Shown here: positions 13,259 through 24,734 of the stretch, in pieces | Layout: every line of letters starts with the position of its first letter | Position numbering within the stretch: position 1 is the first letter of the stretch | Origin: Lepidodermella squamata | Lineage: Eukaryota; Animalia; Gastrotricha | NCBI GenBank assembly: GCA_047495785.1 | Contig: JBLDXI010000011.1 | Span: 682,001-746,000 of the forward strand | Direction: 5' to 3' | DNA length: 64,000 bases | Position numbers and translations under genes: made by a program | Notes under the pieces: generated by a model | Told to the model about the DNA's origin: nothing | What the model saw: the letters and a program-made list of their open reading frames with translations, nothing else | The model's database searches: none

Positions 13259-13411
13259 TTTTAAGATAGAAAAATGTAGCGGATGAAATTTCCTTATTCG
13301 AAAACAGCATTGCGCTGTATTCGCTGATAAGCTCTGAGGTGCATTGCAACTTAAATGAATAAATCCTTTGGTTCTGAAAGGTTGATTTTCTGGATGTCCG
13401 GCTTAAAGAAT
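13259..13411 (+). repeat. 153-bp direct repeat, right copy
   Basis: Begins immediately after the Helitron CTAG; matches 8580-8732. Confidence 0.95.
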
Positions 13412-13641
13412 CAGAGTCCTATAGTCCAGTATTGATCAACGTTTGCATCGAGCGACATTTATCTCGATATATTCACTCCTTCAAACGCGAATGACTGAAT
13501 GACACTATTTCGCCAGTATTTATCAGTTTGTTTTTCAATTCCATCCAATATTTTTGAAGCTTTAGGCCTTTCCAATCACAAATGCATTTATTTGAGAATC
13601 TATCAGACTTTCAATGCGAATTTATCAACATTTTGTCTCGA

Positions 13642-14784
13642 TCAAGCCGCGGAACACTTCGCAGCTACAATACTGCTGCTCGGCAGGGAATCACTCGGAG
13701 CCGGCGAGAAAACAACGGCTGTGTTTGGTGCGGTTTTGAGGCGACTGCAGCATTCTCGGAATGTCGTGCCGTGCTGTACGTAGCCAGCAGCAAAATCGCC
13801 CTAAATCATATTCCAATTTGAATAATAAGAAGTATTTCATTAAGTGGATGTGGATGTACACATCTAGTGAGGAAGTTTAATAGCTTGGATAGTTTGTGTT
13901 GAAAAAAGACCTGCACGAATGAGTGCACGCAATTCTGACTAACCGAGCTTGAAGACACGGCGTCGCCACTAGCGCACGAGTTGGGCATCTCAATGCAGTA
14001 AGCCCCGCTTGGACCACTGCACACCTTGAATAAAGAGTAGTCAGTTTGCTGGAAGCATGCCAGGACAAGTTGCATGCCGACTTTGAATAGGATGGGGGTA
14101 TACGCACCAAAGTAGTAGTTCGGGCTAAACAGGTAGCCACGACAGCAGGTTTCGAAAGAACTAGATGTAGTATTCACAGTCTGTGTTGGGTTGAACAAAA
14201 ATATTACAAAACATTGCAATAAATAGCATGTTAAAATCAAAATGCCAATACTTATATTAAATATATGTTTTGCGAATATCGCGAACGGTGTGCCGGCGGT
14301 GTAACCCTACCTTCAAGCCCAAGAGGTCCGGCCAAGAAAATATAAAATAACTCAGAGATGCTGGAGTCGAAAGTCCCTAATATTACCCCCAGCTCGGTGA
14401 CACTGATTGTGAAAATGCGCTCGTGGAATTTTTTTATCACCATACCTTTCCCCCAAGGCTGCATGACCCATCGTCCGTACAATATTGCATCGCTGTTCCG
14501 ATCGATGTCGTTATTGAGCAAATTGAGGTATTGCCATTTGACCGGGTAACAGGCACGCAATTCATTGTAGATGGGCAGACGTTGGTTTCGGTTGATGCAC
14601 AAGCGTAACCGACTGGACAAACTGCTTGTGTGGATGAGTCTCGGCTGACGCAAGTTTCGCCGACGTCGCATAGCGATGGCGGGCATTGAACCTGGGCGTG
14701 AATGGCCGGTGCGGATGGCGCAGTTGGGCATGCAAAATTGCTGGCGATTGTGGTATTCAAAAGAACAATAAGTAGCTTTATCAT
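13642..14784 (-). CDS. Gene C1: alpha-class secreted Cys-rich protein (14784-14446, 14180-13944, 13800-13642)
   Basis: Signal peptide then CPTAP..CSLGGK|gtatgg; exon 2 TVNTT..CCRGY..FKVCSGPSGAYCIEMPNSC; exon 3 GDFAAGYVQHGTTFRECCSRLKTAP..KCSAA*. Confidence 0.88.
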
Positions 14785-15257
14785 TATTTCAGTGATGGCT
14801 AAAAGTACGGAAGGGTAATATTTGACAAAACAGTACTAATTCATGATGGTAAGATGAATAAAGACCGATAATTTTGATTGATTTTGAATTCTCAAGTGAT
14901 TTTCTGCCTTTTCTCAATGAAATGCTACCAAGGATGGCATTGTTGATGAATAAAATGGAAATAGGAATTTCACGAGAATTGCTGTTGGTGTCAAAACGTT
15001 TGCGCTTCTTTCTAGTTGCGGCAATAACAAAAAAGCCAACGAAAACAATGACACGCTGTTTTCTCTCAACGCTATGCTGTGTTATATTTAGTTGATTCAT
15101 AAAAATCATGCGTAGCCTCAAGGCCACTGGCTTTTTCGTCGCAGGTCTCGTAATTTGGCGATATTACGTTCTAGGATGCCCTCCGGTCAGTGACGTTTCA
15201 CCCATGCTGTCGTGCCCGCCGTCCAAGTGCGAATCTGGCCAGACGTGCATCGCTAAT

Positions 15258-15518
15258 TGAGAGGATCGCTATGTACCCTGTCCCAATTATTAGTTCAGTA
15301 GTCCATTCTTATTATTCTAGCTAGCGCTCGTGACAGTAATATCACGTGACGCACTTCATTACAACTCATCTAATTTGGCGTCCTCTTGGCTATATAAGCC
15401 CTAAATCATGACAATAAAGTTATCAGTTGATCTGCTTTACTGAACTGCCTTGTATATTATTCAGTCTAATCGTTGTTATTAGTTTCCCCCGAACCAGGTC
15501 AGGGATATCAACCCTTCA
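15258..15518 (+). repeat. 5' LTR (261 bp)
   Basis: Identical by eye to 22184-22444; contains TATATAA and AATAAA. Confidence 0.97.
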
Positions 15519-15519
15519 T

Positions 15520-15535
15520 TGGCGCCGAGACTCCG
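15520..15535 (+). promoter_or_regulatory. Primer-binding site (tRNA not identified)
   Basis: TGGCGCCGAG.. one base after the LTR; TGG pairs with tRNA CCA. Confidence 0.75.
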
Positions 15536-15863
15536 CTCGATCAACGATCGATTCCACCATCTCTTTACAACAGTAGGTAAGTTTAATAGAAAACAGTGGT
15601 AAGCTGTTTCTGGCAACTGAAGGAAATTCCAGTTGATAAGTATTGTGACTGACGGCCATTCCAGTCAAAGTTTAAAAAAAAAGCTGAAGGTCATTCCAGC
15701 TAATTTTTCAAGGCTGAAGGAAATTCCAGCCCATTATTATTATTTTGCGAAAAAGGCTATTCCAGTCTAATTGTTTTGTGACGACTGAAGGAAATTCCAG
15801 TCGAATTATTTTTTTCTGTGTTGACTCATTGTGCAACTTATTTTTGTAATAAATTAAAATAAA

Positions 15864-16952
15864 ATGGCCAGCTTTCGAAGGTCTCTTCTCATCAATCGTG
15901 AGGACTCCGACACGGATGATGAACAAATCTCTAATAGTGAGTTAAAGCTTCATGATAAGGTGCAGAAGTTCGACCCCAATGAGAACAATTTTAATGCTTG
16001 GATCTCTGATGTGAAATATTATATGGAGGTCTTTAACATCAAAGGCGCTCCAAGGCAATTGAGGATCATTCAGAAAATGGTCGATAAGCGTAGGGCAGAA
16101 ATTATCGCTCAGGAATTGAACAAACGTGTCGTATCTCTCGATGCGGCAATTGCTAGACTCTGCCAGCCTGAAGGCACTGCCGTATCTCAGGGCACTGCCC
16201 GTGTATTTTTGAAGCAGCTTATTCAAGGGAATGACAATATCGATGTGTTTATCTCACAGATAGAGTCTTTCGTCACCATCGGCTACCCAAATGGTGGACG
16301 AGATGCGTGTGACAGGGCCACAGAATGCTTAATTGGAGGCATGTCGAATAAGAAAATCCAAACTATTCTGATTGAAGCATGGGACAAAGATCCTCACATT
16401 GAATATGCGGCGGTTCTTCAGCTTCTTGAAAATGAGAATCGGAGTTGGGAAAAAAAGAATACTCAGGCTAAATTAAGTGGCCCAATTACTGCAAGTCAAT
16501 TGAGCGGTCAGGATCCTAAACCTTCTAAGGTCACTTCTTCTGTTACCAATGCTGAAACGGAAAACAAGAAGCTAGCAAGTGAAGTGTCAGACCTGAAGAA
16601 TATGTTCACTGATTTTCAGAAACAATTAGCTTCAAAACAATTTGATACTCCTCAAGTTTCAACACAGGCTCCGCAGGTGTACTACAACCACCCTCATGCT
16701 TTCAATCCGCCACCTTCGGCGTTTCCCAGCAGGCCTCAGATGCCTAATTATTCCAACACTCCTAATGCTCCGTTTCAAAATAGGAGATTTCCTCAAACTG
16801 CAGTCAGTGGGAATAATCAGCAGTATCAACCTGCAACCACAAACTGGCGTGATCCTAGTATTCGTGGGTGCTTTAACTGTGGTGACCGCTACCACATTGA
16901 ACGTAATTGCCCCAAGCCTCGCAACCAACCGACCAGTAATTCAAAAAACTAG
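15864..16952 (+). CDS. gag: Gag
   Basis: 362-aa ORF with C-terminal CCHC knuckle CFNCGDRYHIERNC; ends in the slippery heptamer A AAA AAC followed by TAG. Confidence 0.9.
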   Translation: MASFRRSLLINREDSDTDDEQISNSELKLHDKVQKFDPNENNFNAWISDVKYYMEVFNIKGAPRQLRIIQKMVDKRRAEIIAQELNKRVVSLDAAIARLCQPEGTAVSQGTARVFLKQLIQGNDNIDVFISQIESFVTIGYPNGGRDACDRATECLIGGMSNKKIQTILIEAWDKDPHIEYAAVLQLLENENRSWEKKNTQAKLSGPITASQLSGQDPKPSKVTSSVTNAETENKKLASEVSDLKNMFTDFQKQLASKQFDTPQVSTQAPQVYYNHPHAFNPPPSAFPSRPQMPNYSNTPNAPFQNRRFPQTAVSGNNQQYQPATTNWRDPSIRGCFNCGDRYHIERNCPKPRNQPTSNSKN

Positions 16953-19900
16953 ATGATACCCGGTCGATGAATGTGCCTCAGGTCGAAAAGAGCCCTTCTA
17001 ATGTAAATAATTTCCTTTTATCACCTGAAGCTGAAGGCAGTCGTGATATGCTGGCTTATGTGATAACTCTTCCTGGAAGCATTGAGAAAGTTTGTGTTGT
17101 CGACACGGGATGTAAATACAATTTGATTCCAATGAGTGTTGTGAAACAACTTACTGATGTAAATATTGAAAAGTGCCCAGTCATTTTGAAATGCGGCAAT
17201 GGCACTGATCTGCCACATGAAGGGCAAGTCACGCTTAATTTTAGTCTCGGCACAAAAAAGCTGAGGGACACTTTTATTATCGCTAGCACGGTCTTAAAGG
17301 ATACTATTATTCTAGGCCGCACATTTTTGAAAAATAATAAAGCTATCACTGAACATAAAAATGGCAATTTGAAATTTGAAGACGATGACAAGAACACCAC
17401 ATGGTGCATAAACATGCCCAAAGTATCGATCGGCTTTTCCAAGGGTGAGATTGTGTTGCTAGTCGGTGAAACTCCAACGAATTTCTACCACCTGCCGACG
17501 TACTTAACTGAGAAAGGTTCATCCCTTCCTGTAATCTCGTATGACAGCAAGCAATGGTTTAACGACCTAGAAGATGAATTTTGTAATAATGAGGACATTG
17601 ATCGCATTTGTGTTCCACAGATGTGTGAGAAGGAATTTGATTGGGCTCAGTTTCTGAAAGAAACGATGCCAGACAGTTCGGTTGAGGAAAGAGCGAAAAT
17701 AATGAATCTTATCGATAATTACCCATGCTTTTCCAAGCGCGGCGAGGTGGGTCTTGCAAAAGGCGTCCACCATAAAATTGATTTCTTACCTGAAGCTGAT
17801 GCTAACAAATTTGTTATCAAACCGAAGAATTTTTCGCCCACTCAAGATGTAATTATTGAGGAACACAAAAATGAAATGCTTCAGAATAACATCATTCGGG
17901 AATGTCCTCATGCGCAATTTGCATTTTATCCGGTTTTGGTGAAGAAAAAAGATAGCGATAAGCTCAGATTTACGATTGATTTTTCACCTATGAATCCGTT
18001 TTTGAAACCAGAAGCCCAAATTATGCCGAACATGCCTAAACTGATCGAAGCCGCAGCTGGACATAAATTCTATTGCCAAATAGATATTAGTTCAGCCTAC
18101 TGGACCATTCCCCTTCGTGAGGAAGATCAAGAAAAAACGGCATTTCGAACAAGATCAGGTGTGTATTGCTTCACTCGAATGCCATTTGGAATAAAAAATG
18201 CATCGAATGAAATGCAGAATTATGTGAATCAACTTCTTGACGGACTCTTATATAAAACGTGCGTCGTTTTACAGGATGATATCAACATTTGGGCCGATAC
18301 TATTGAAGAGATGTTGGAAAGGCTAAGAGAAGTCCTGTCTAGGATTCTCAAGTCAGGAATGCTTTTGAAGCCTCAGAAATGTCGATTTCTTGTAAAAGAG
18401 GTCTAATTTCTTGGAACAATAATTTCTGAATCAGGTATAGCCGCTGATCCCAACAAATTGAGTTCAATTCGAAATTGTGAACCCCCTCAAACGATCAAGA
18501 AGCTGAGAGCCTTTTTGGGTCTGGCAAATTTTCTAAGGAATTTTGTGCCTGATTATGCTGAATTAGTCTCACCATTAACGGCAGCCACAGGTGGTGGCAA
18601 AGGCAAAGGCAAATTGAAGTGGACTGATAAGATGTTAGAATCTTTTGAAAAGGTTAAAAAGGCGTTTCTGAACCCTCCAGTTCTCACACCTCCTAACTAC
18701 AACAAGCCCTTCATTCTATATACCGATGCATCTAATGAGGCACTCGGTGCTTTGCTTTGCCAAGAAGTAGACGGCAAATTGAAACTTGTAGCATCAGCGA
18801 GCAAAAGTCTAACTCAGGCTGAGAGACATTATGCCACCATTAAAAAGGAGGCGTATGCCATCTTCTGGTCTGTAGCTAGAAAATTCAGGCAATATTTGCT
18901 GGGTCAAACTTTCGTGATCCGAACTGATCATCAACCGCTGCTTGCGCTCAGATCCCTTGAAACTCCTAATGCTCAAATGAACCGATGGATGCTGGAGTTG
19001 CAAGAATTCGAGTTTCGACTAGAATATGTCCCAGGAAAGAATCAATATGCTGATGCACTTACGAGATGCTTTCCCTCAGAAGATCAGGAAACCGATTTCA
19101 TCCATTTGATCTATTTGAAGGAATTAAGCTGGAATTTTGACGAGCTTAGTCAGGCTCAATGGACAGATCCTGAAATAGGACCTGTGATTAATTCCAAAAA
19201 ACAAGGCACTCGAGAAGTCGGTGAAATTGATAATCCTGAAACTAAGAAGCGAATTGATTGTATCATGCGTAATTTTGATCGCCTTGAACAAGATCCCTCT
19301 CGGGGAAATGCCTGGTGCAAACGTCTACCCACTGGAGAACTTTCACTCCTTGTTCCAAGAGAGTGGCGAAAATACGTCATGTACCAAAGCCATGATGCTC
19401 CTTCCGGCGGTCATTTTGGTAGCAATAAAACTATCAAACGTGTCAGGGATCATTACTGGTGGCCACTAATGCCATCGGACATTAGGCATTATTGCCAAGG
19501 TTGCGACCTCTGTCAAAAACGTAAAGCCGAAACTCGAGCTCTACGCGGCGGAATGAAATCACTTATGGCATCGAAACCTTTCGAAATGGTTTCCATTGAC
19601 TTCGTAGGCCCCATTAACCCGCCTACCATAAGGGGCAATGCTCACATCCTCACGATTGTTGAACATTTTTGCCACTTCGCCCAAGCAAAACCAATGAAAA
19701 CAATTACAGCTGAAGCAACGGCTGATGCCCTTGAGTCCTATTTCTTGCAGTACGGAATACCCGACGTTCTACTTACTGATCGTGGCACCCAATTTGAAAG
19801 TGACCTGATTAAAGACTTTTGTGAAAAGTGGGGTATTGAAAAAGTCCGAACTACGAGTTATTATCCTCAAGGTGACGGTGTAACGGAAAGGTATAATCGG

Positions 19901-20665
19901 GTTCTCGCTGACACCATTGCAATGATGGCGCGTAAATACCGCAAAAACTGGGACAAAAACCTTGATGTTGTAACATATGCATTTAATGCTACTGCTCACA
20001 AAGCCACGGGTGTAAGTCCTCATGAGATGGTCTTTGGGCGAAAGCTCAAGGATCCACTTTATCTCATGTGCGGTGACAACAAAATTACCCAAACCACCTC
20101 TCCATCGGAGTATATTGAAGAAAAAATGAAAATCATGTCAAAAATCTGGAAAGAGGCTCAAACAAGGGCCAAGGCTGACTTCGAATCACGGAAAAAGCGC
20201 GCTGATGCCAATTTGAAACCCATTTCCTTTAAGGTGGGTGATTTGGTACGAAAAAAGGTCATTGATCGCGACGGCAAATTCGGTGACCGCTTCGCGGGTC
20301 CATTCGAAGTTGTAGAAGTCTTTCCGGATAACGCTAATATTGTCAGGCTGAAATTCGGCGAATCTAATACGGACACTGTAAATGTCTCAAAAATTGACTT
20401 GTGGAAAAATCAGCCTGAACACCTGATCTTCCATCCTATCGAAGAAGTGACAGAAGAAGGAGAAGAAGCTATCGACTATTCCATCCCGAATATATTGGCT
20501 ACTGCTGGGCAGAAGACTGTTCCCCACCAGTATAATACAAGATCGAAAGCCAGAAATACTGATGTAAATCCTGTCATCGAAAATAAGGGCACAAATCTGC
20601 TGTCCTCTGCCAAAGAGAAGTTTTCATCGTTTGTCAACAGCATTTTCAGTGATACAAAAAAATAA
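16949..20665 (+). pseudogene. pol: Pol (PR-RT-RNaseH-IN) in the -1 frame from gag, with one in-frame stop at 18404-18406
   Basis: Protease VDTG; RT KTAF..MPFGIKNA..LQDD; RNase H LYTDAS/KEAYAI/TDH; integrase HHCC, SIDF, TDRG, GVTERYN, GPF. ORFs 16967-18406 and 18458-20665 share one frame (KEV*FLG). Confidence 0.93.
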
Positions 20666-21513
20666 ATGAATAAAAATAATAATTGAAGGTCTTCTCTTCA
20701 TAATGTGAATATAATTAGTTTGCCACTTGGCACTTCATAAATTAATCCAATTTTCTTGGAATGAATAAAATTATTCTTAACTTCTCAGTACCTATATAAA
20801 ATAGTACGAATTTGCGCAATCCGCCATGAGTGTTAATTAATGGACAGTGTGAATGGAGAAATTGAGCGTTGAAATTTCAAATCTGGTACCGGAAACGTGT
20901 CTCTACTCCTGGCTAGCACCAGAAATCAGGTTGAGCTTTGTATCTGCCGCTTTTTCTAACGCTAGACTACGTTTATGCCATATTTCATTTATGAGCAATA
21001 AAAGCATGAAACCAGGATAGGGAAAATTGGTTTTGACATCAAGGTCATCGAGCAGTCTTCAAAGTGTTGTCGGTTGGAAAATTGCTATGATAATGGACAT
21101 TATAAGTTAATCATGGGATTCGCAATTCAAATTTTACTGTAAATATCATTTGGCATCATTTTGTTATCTCGGCCTAATTATAATGGAACTTCACTAGCTC
21201 ATTACAGAACTGACTAAAATTTCAGAAATTTCAATTTTTTTAAAAATTGCTAATGATTTCCGGATCGCAATAAGGCATCCGTACAATGATGGCTATCAAT
21301 CCTTGTCATCAATAATTACGCCACACAGCCAATAATTGGAAAATCCTCTACTTAAACCCTCAAAAATTCACAGAATTTCAACCAACCACCCTGCCTTCTC
21401 AGTTTCAATCATATTTATCTTCGCTTTCTCAAAGGAATTTCAGTTATTTAATCATGTAAGTGGCCTAAAACAGCCCGTTTTTTTTTTACCCTTGACAATT
21501 ACTTCCCTATAGC

Positions 21514-22089
21514 ATGTCTGATATCGAGATGCACCAACTCAGCGCAGCCCTGCCCGCAACCGAATCCGAAAACGAATTCCTCGTAAAAACAATAGCTCAA
21601 TCGGCTTTTGCCTGCGACGGCATCCTCGATGCCAAATTCGACTTTCGACTAACCAGGACCCAGGTTGGCGAAGCTGCTTCCTCCATGAGTGGCGAACCAG
21701 ACTGGAAGCTGTTGTTCATCCCTCTGATCCTTCAGCACGTCACGTCTGCGTCCATCAGGACCCGCCTTGTGAAGGCCATGGCCACCGCCTTCAAGGAAGC
21801 CCTTCTGCCTGCTCCTCCCCTCGCTGTTCCTGCCACTGTTCTGCCCTCTGTCGCCACCGCCTCTGCTGTACCGGATGCCCCTGCTGCTCTTCTTCCCCCC
21901 GGCCCTGGCTCTACTTCTGGCGCTGGCTACTTTCGTCGCTCTGCCCTGCCTTGCTCGAATTGCGGCAAACTTGGCCATGCTGCCAGCCGCTGTTGGGGGA
22001 TTCTGGGGCGTCCAAAGCCACAGCAAGCTGGCGATGACATGGCAAAACACATGAAGAAGATGATTATGATGAAGATGCTTGAAGACTAA
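21514..22089 (+). CDS. Retrotransposon ORF3: 191-aa non-env protein with a CCHC zinc knuckle
   Basis: Intact ORF just upstream of the PPT; Ala/Pro linker; CSNCGKLGHAASRC; strong acceptor (ttccctatag, 21511-21512) one base before the ATG. Confidence 0.8.
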   Translation: MSDIEMHQLSAALPATESENEFLVKTIAQSAFACDGILDAKFDFRLTRTQVGEAASSMSGEPDWKLLFIPLILQHVTSASIRTRLVKAMATAFKEALLPAPPLAVPATVLPSVATASAVPDAPAALLPPGPGSTSGAGYFRRSALPCSNCGKLGHAASRCWGILGRPKPQQAGDDMAKHMKKMIMMKMLED

Positions 22090-22169
22090 CTTCGAATTTT
22101 TCTCCTGTGATTCATCGTGATTTTCTTAATTTGCTTGTTCTCATAAAAAAACGTAAGACGTTTACTTGT

Positions 22170-22179
22170 AAGGGAGGGG
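22170..22179 (+). promoter_or_regulatory. Polypurine tract
   Basis: AAGGGAGGGG four bases before the 3' LTR. Confidence 0.85.
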
Positions 22180-22183
22180 CATA

Positions 22184-22444
22184 TGAGAGGATCGCTATGT
22201 ACCCTGTCCCAATTATTAGTTCAGTAGTCCATTCTTATTATTCTAGCTAGCGCTCGTGACAGTAATATCACGTGACGCACTTCATTACAACTCATCTAAT
22301 TTGGCGTCCTCTTGGCTATATAAGCCCTAAATCATGACAATAAAGTTATCAGTTGATCTGCTTTACTGAACTGCCTTGTATATTATTCAGTCTAATCGTT
22401 GTTATTAGTTTCCCCCGAACCAGGTCAGGGATATCAACCCTTCA
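22184..22444 (+). repeat. 3' LTR (261 bp)
   Basis: Identical by eye to the 5' LTR; followed by TSD CTAAT. Confidence 0.97.
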
Positions 22445-23147
22445 CTAATAATCAAACGACAAGCTCAATTTGTCCGTCTGGGAAGTCGTGCTTCAAATTA
22501 CTCACATGTTCGAGCGATCAAAGATGCCTTCTTAAGGTAATTTTTCGATTTTAATTGTAGGTCGTTTCACAACTAAGATATCGAACGTAATTGCTTAATG
22601 GGATGCAGTAACTTTTCAGTTAAGTTTTTCAGTTTTCATCGCATCATCGTATCTAAGCTTTTGTTAACATTAACACCAACAATCACAACGTCGAACTAGG
22701 TTGCTTTTATCGAGGAAGTACAGTACAGGTATTGATTGTTTGAAGCAGTGGGGGCGGTTTTTTCAGAATAAAAATATGCTTGTATAATACACTGGTTTTC
22801 GATGTTGCCTACAACACCTGAAAAAGTCACCATAACTGGGGTGGGCTTCAAACTTGTGAATTCGAATTCCCCACAATTGAGGCCCTGAGATTATCCTAAA
22901 TCACCGATTTTCAAAATGTATTGAATCTCACAGGGTGCGAAGTACAGGGGTGCCTGGGTGTCGCGGCACCCAAGCTCCGGGACTCAAAACAAAGGAAGGC
23001 TGAAAAAAACAAAGGGGGCCCCTTGGTTTCTTCGGCTGGGTCCTAAAAAACAAGTAAAACGTAGATAACCCCACAGCTCCCGGATCCTACTTCGCGCACA
23101 CTGATCTCTGATCTAAAATCAGTTTTCATTTATATAAAAGTCAATTA

Positions 23148-23543
23148 CCGTATATACCGATTTAGAAGGCTCTGCCTTCTAATTTAATCAATCAACCCGC
23201 AACCCCTGCCTTATAAACGAGACCTGCCCTATAATTAGTTGCAACCAAAGGCGCGCGCACTTGCATGTGTACATTCACGCTCATTAGCGTATGCACACAC
23301 GTTTTTGAATATGCAAATTAGGAAGGTAGATGGAAATCACGCTTATTTTACACGCGGCGAACGATTTTAAGGTGGGAAATTATCCATTCTTAAGAAATGT
23401 ATCTCCTCCTGCCCTGATCTATTCTAGGCCACTGCCTTATATTCGGGCCCTGCCCTGTATTTTGATCAAACGACCTTTAACCCCTGCCTTATAAACGAAC
23501 CTGCCCTGTATTTCGGTCCTGCCTTCTAAACCGGTATATACGG
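23148..23543. mobile_element. Tc1/mariner-superfamily (Tc2/pogo-like) MITE
   Basis: TA|CCGTATATACCGATTTAGAAGGC ... GCCTTCTAAACCGGTATATACGG|TA, with internal CCCTGCC repeats. Confidence 0.85.
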
Positions 23544-24734
23544 TAGGTATATAAAAGCCATATAATTGTGTTAGATAAATAAACAATTATAGGATGAATC
23601 TTCTGTTTTTGCAGAATTTCACGGCTTGTCAAGTCAACACAAAAGGCGGCCCTGGAGTCGCGCTTACCGGCTCGAATGGATTGAAGTACTGCACACCGGA
23701 TGGCTGTGCCTTGGGAGGATCGGTAAGAATATGTTGCTCAAATTATGACGCTTTCTCACACATCAAATTCCATTCCTGGTTCCGCCCGCCACTATAACTC
23801 TATGTAACACAATTGTTTGATGGTTGACAGGAAATCAGCGATCCTGCACCCGCCAGTAGCTTGTCTGAATGTTGCAGTGCTCTCGGCGCGTCAGCTAAAC
23901 TAGTCTTCGACCTATTTTACACACCGTACCAAATGTACCAAACATTTTCGCCCGTAGCCAGCGTGTTAACCGACTACAGGAAGGCGTGCTTTGCAGTGCA
24001 AGATTCCAAGCCGTACAAGGCATGCAAATCAGTGTCGAACCAAGCTTATTGCCTGCAATTTCCACACTCGTGCGAGGGTACTGACGCTATCAACACCGAT
24101 GGGGTGAGTATTCCGAAATTCAATATTAGTATTTCAAGGTATTTTATAATTTTCCGTTCGGCCCCCAGGCGTCGGCTGTGCAATCAAAGCGTAAAAGTCG
24201 AAATTGTTTGAAATTGTCAAGGCTAAGTAGTACGCGAAGTAGGATCCGCGAACAAGGGGGTTTTTCGGGCCCAAATGTCATGACCTTTGAGGTCTTTTTG
24301 GTGTTTTCCACCTTGCCGGACGGAACTAATTTTAGGCCCGGAATTGAGCTTTTTAAACAGCTAATAAAATTACGCGCAAAACTTTCTGTTAGATCTAAAT
24401 TTTTTTTTAGGAATTTGAAACCAGGATTTTGAAAGCATTGAAGTATCATGAACTCATGAACCCCTCCTAATCTTATTTGTTTGAATTTGATTTAGTCCGA
24501 TTTCGCAAATGGAGTACCCAGCAATGCCGAGTCATTCGCGCAATGCTGCAACCAGCTGAAGAAGCGACCGCTTACGATGACAAACACGTCTGGTTTTTTG
24601 GCTCTATCAGCAACCGATTTCATGATAAACAAATGCTCATAGCCTATCAAAGCTTTGACTTTGTTGCGCTTTTAGTGTCAAATACGATTGAATTCGATTT
24701 TATTCAAATAAAGAATCAGTGTGGAAAAGCTTTT

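Larger units (their letters stand above)
15258..22444 (+). mobile_element. Full-length Ty3/Gypsy LTR retrotransposon
   Basis: TG..CA LTRs, 5-bp TSD CTAAT (15253-15257 and 22445-22449), PBS, PPT, gag, pol in PR-RT-RH-IN order, extra ORF3. Confidence 0.97.
15108..24642 (+). pseudogene. Gene D1: beta class, exon 1 split by the Gypsy insertion (15108-15257 + 22450-22536, 23615-23722, 23831-24103, 24496-24642)
   Basis: MRSLKATGFFVAGLVIWRYYVLGCPP..TCIAN [element] NQTTSSICPSGKSC..LLK|gtaatt. The frame is restored exactly by removing the element and one CTAAT; downstream exons are intact. Confidence 0.9.

Noticed and set aside
15615-15803. CRISPR-like appearance of spaced 16-bp repeats
   Set aside because: Repeats are short and degenerate, lie inside a eukaryotic LTR element, and no cas genes are present.
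21514-22089. env gene call for ORF3
   Set aside because: No signal peptide, furin site/fusion peptide or transmembrane helix.
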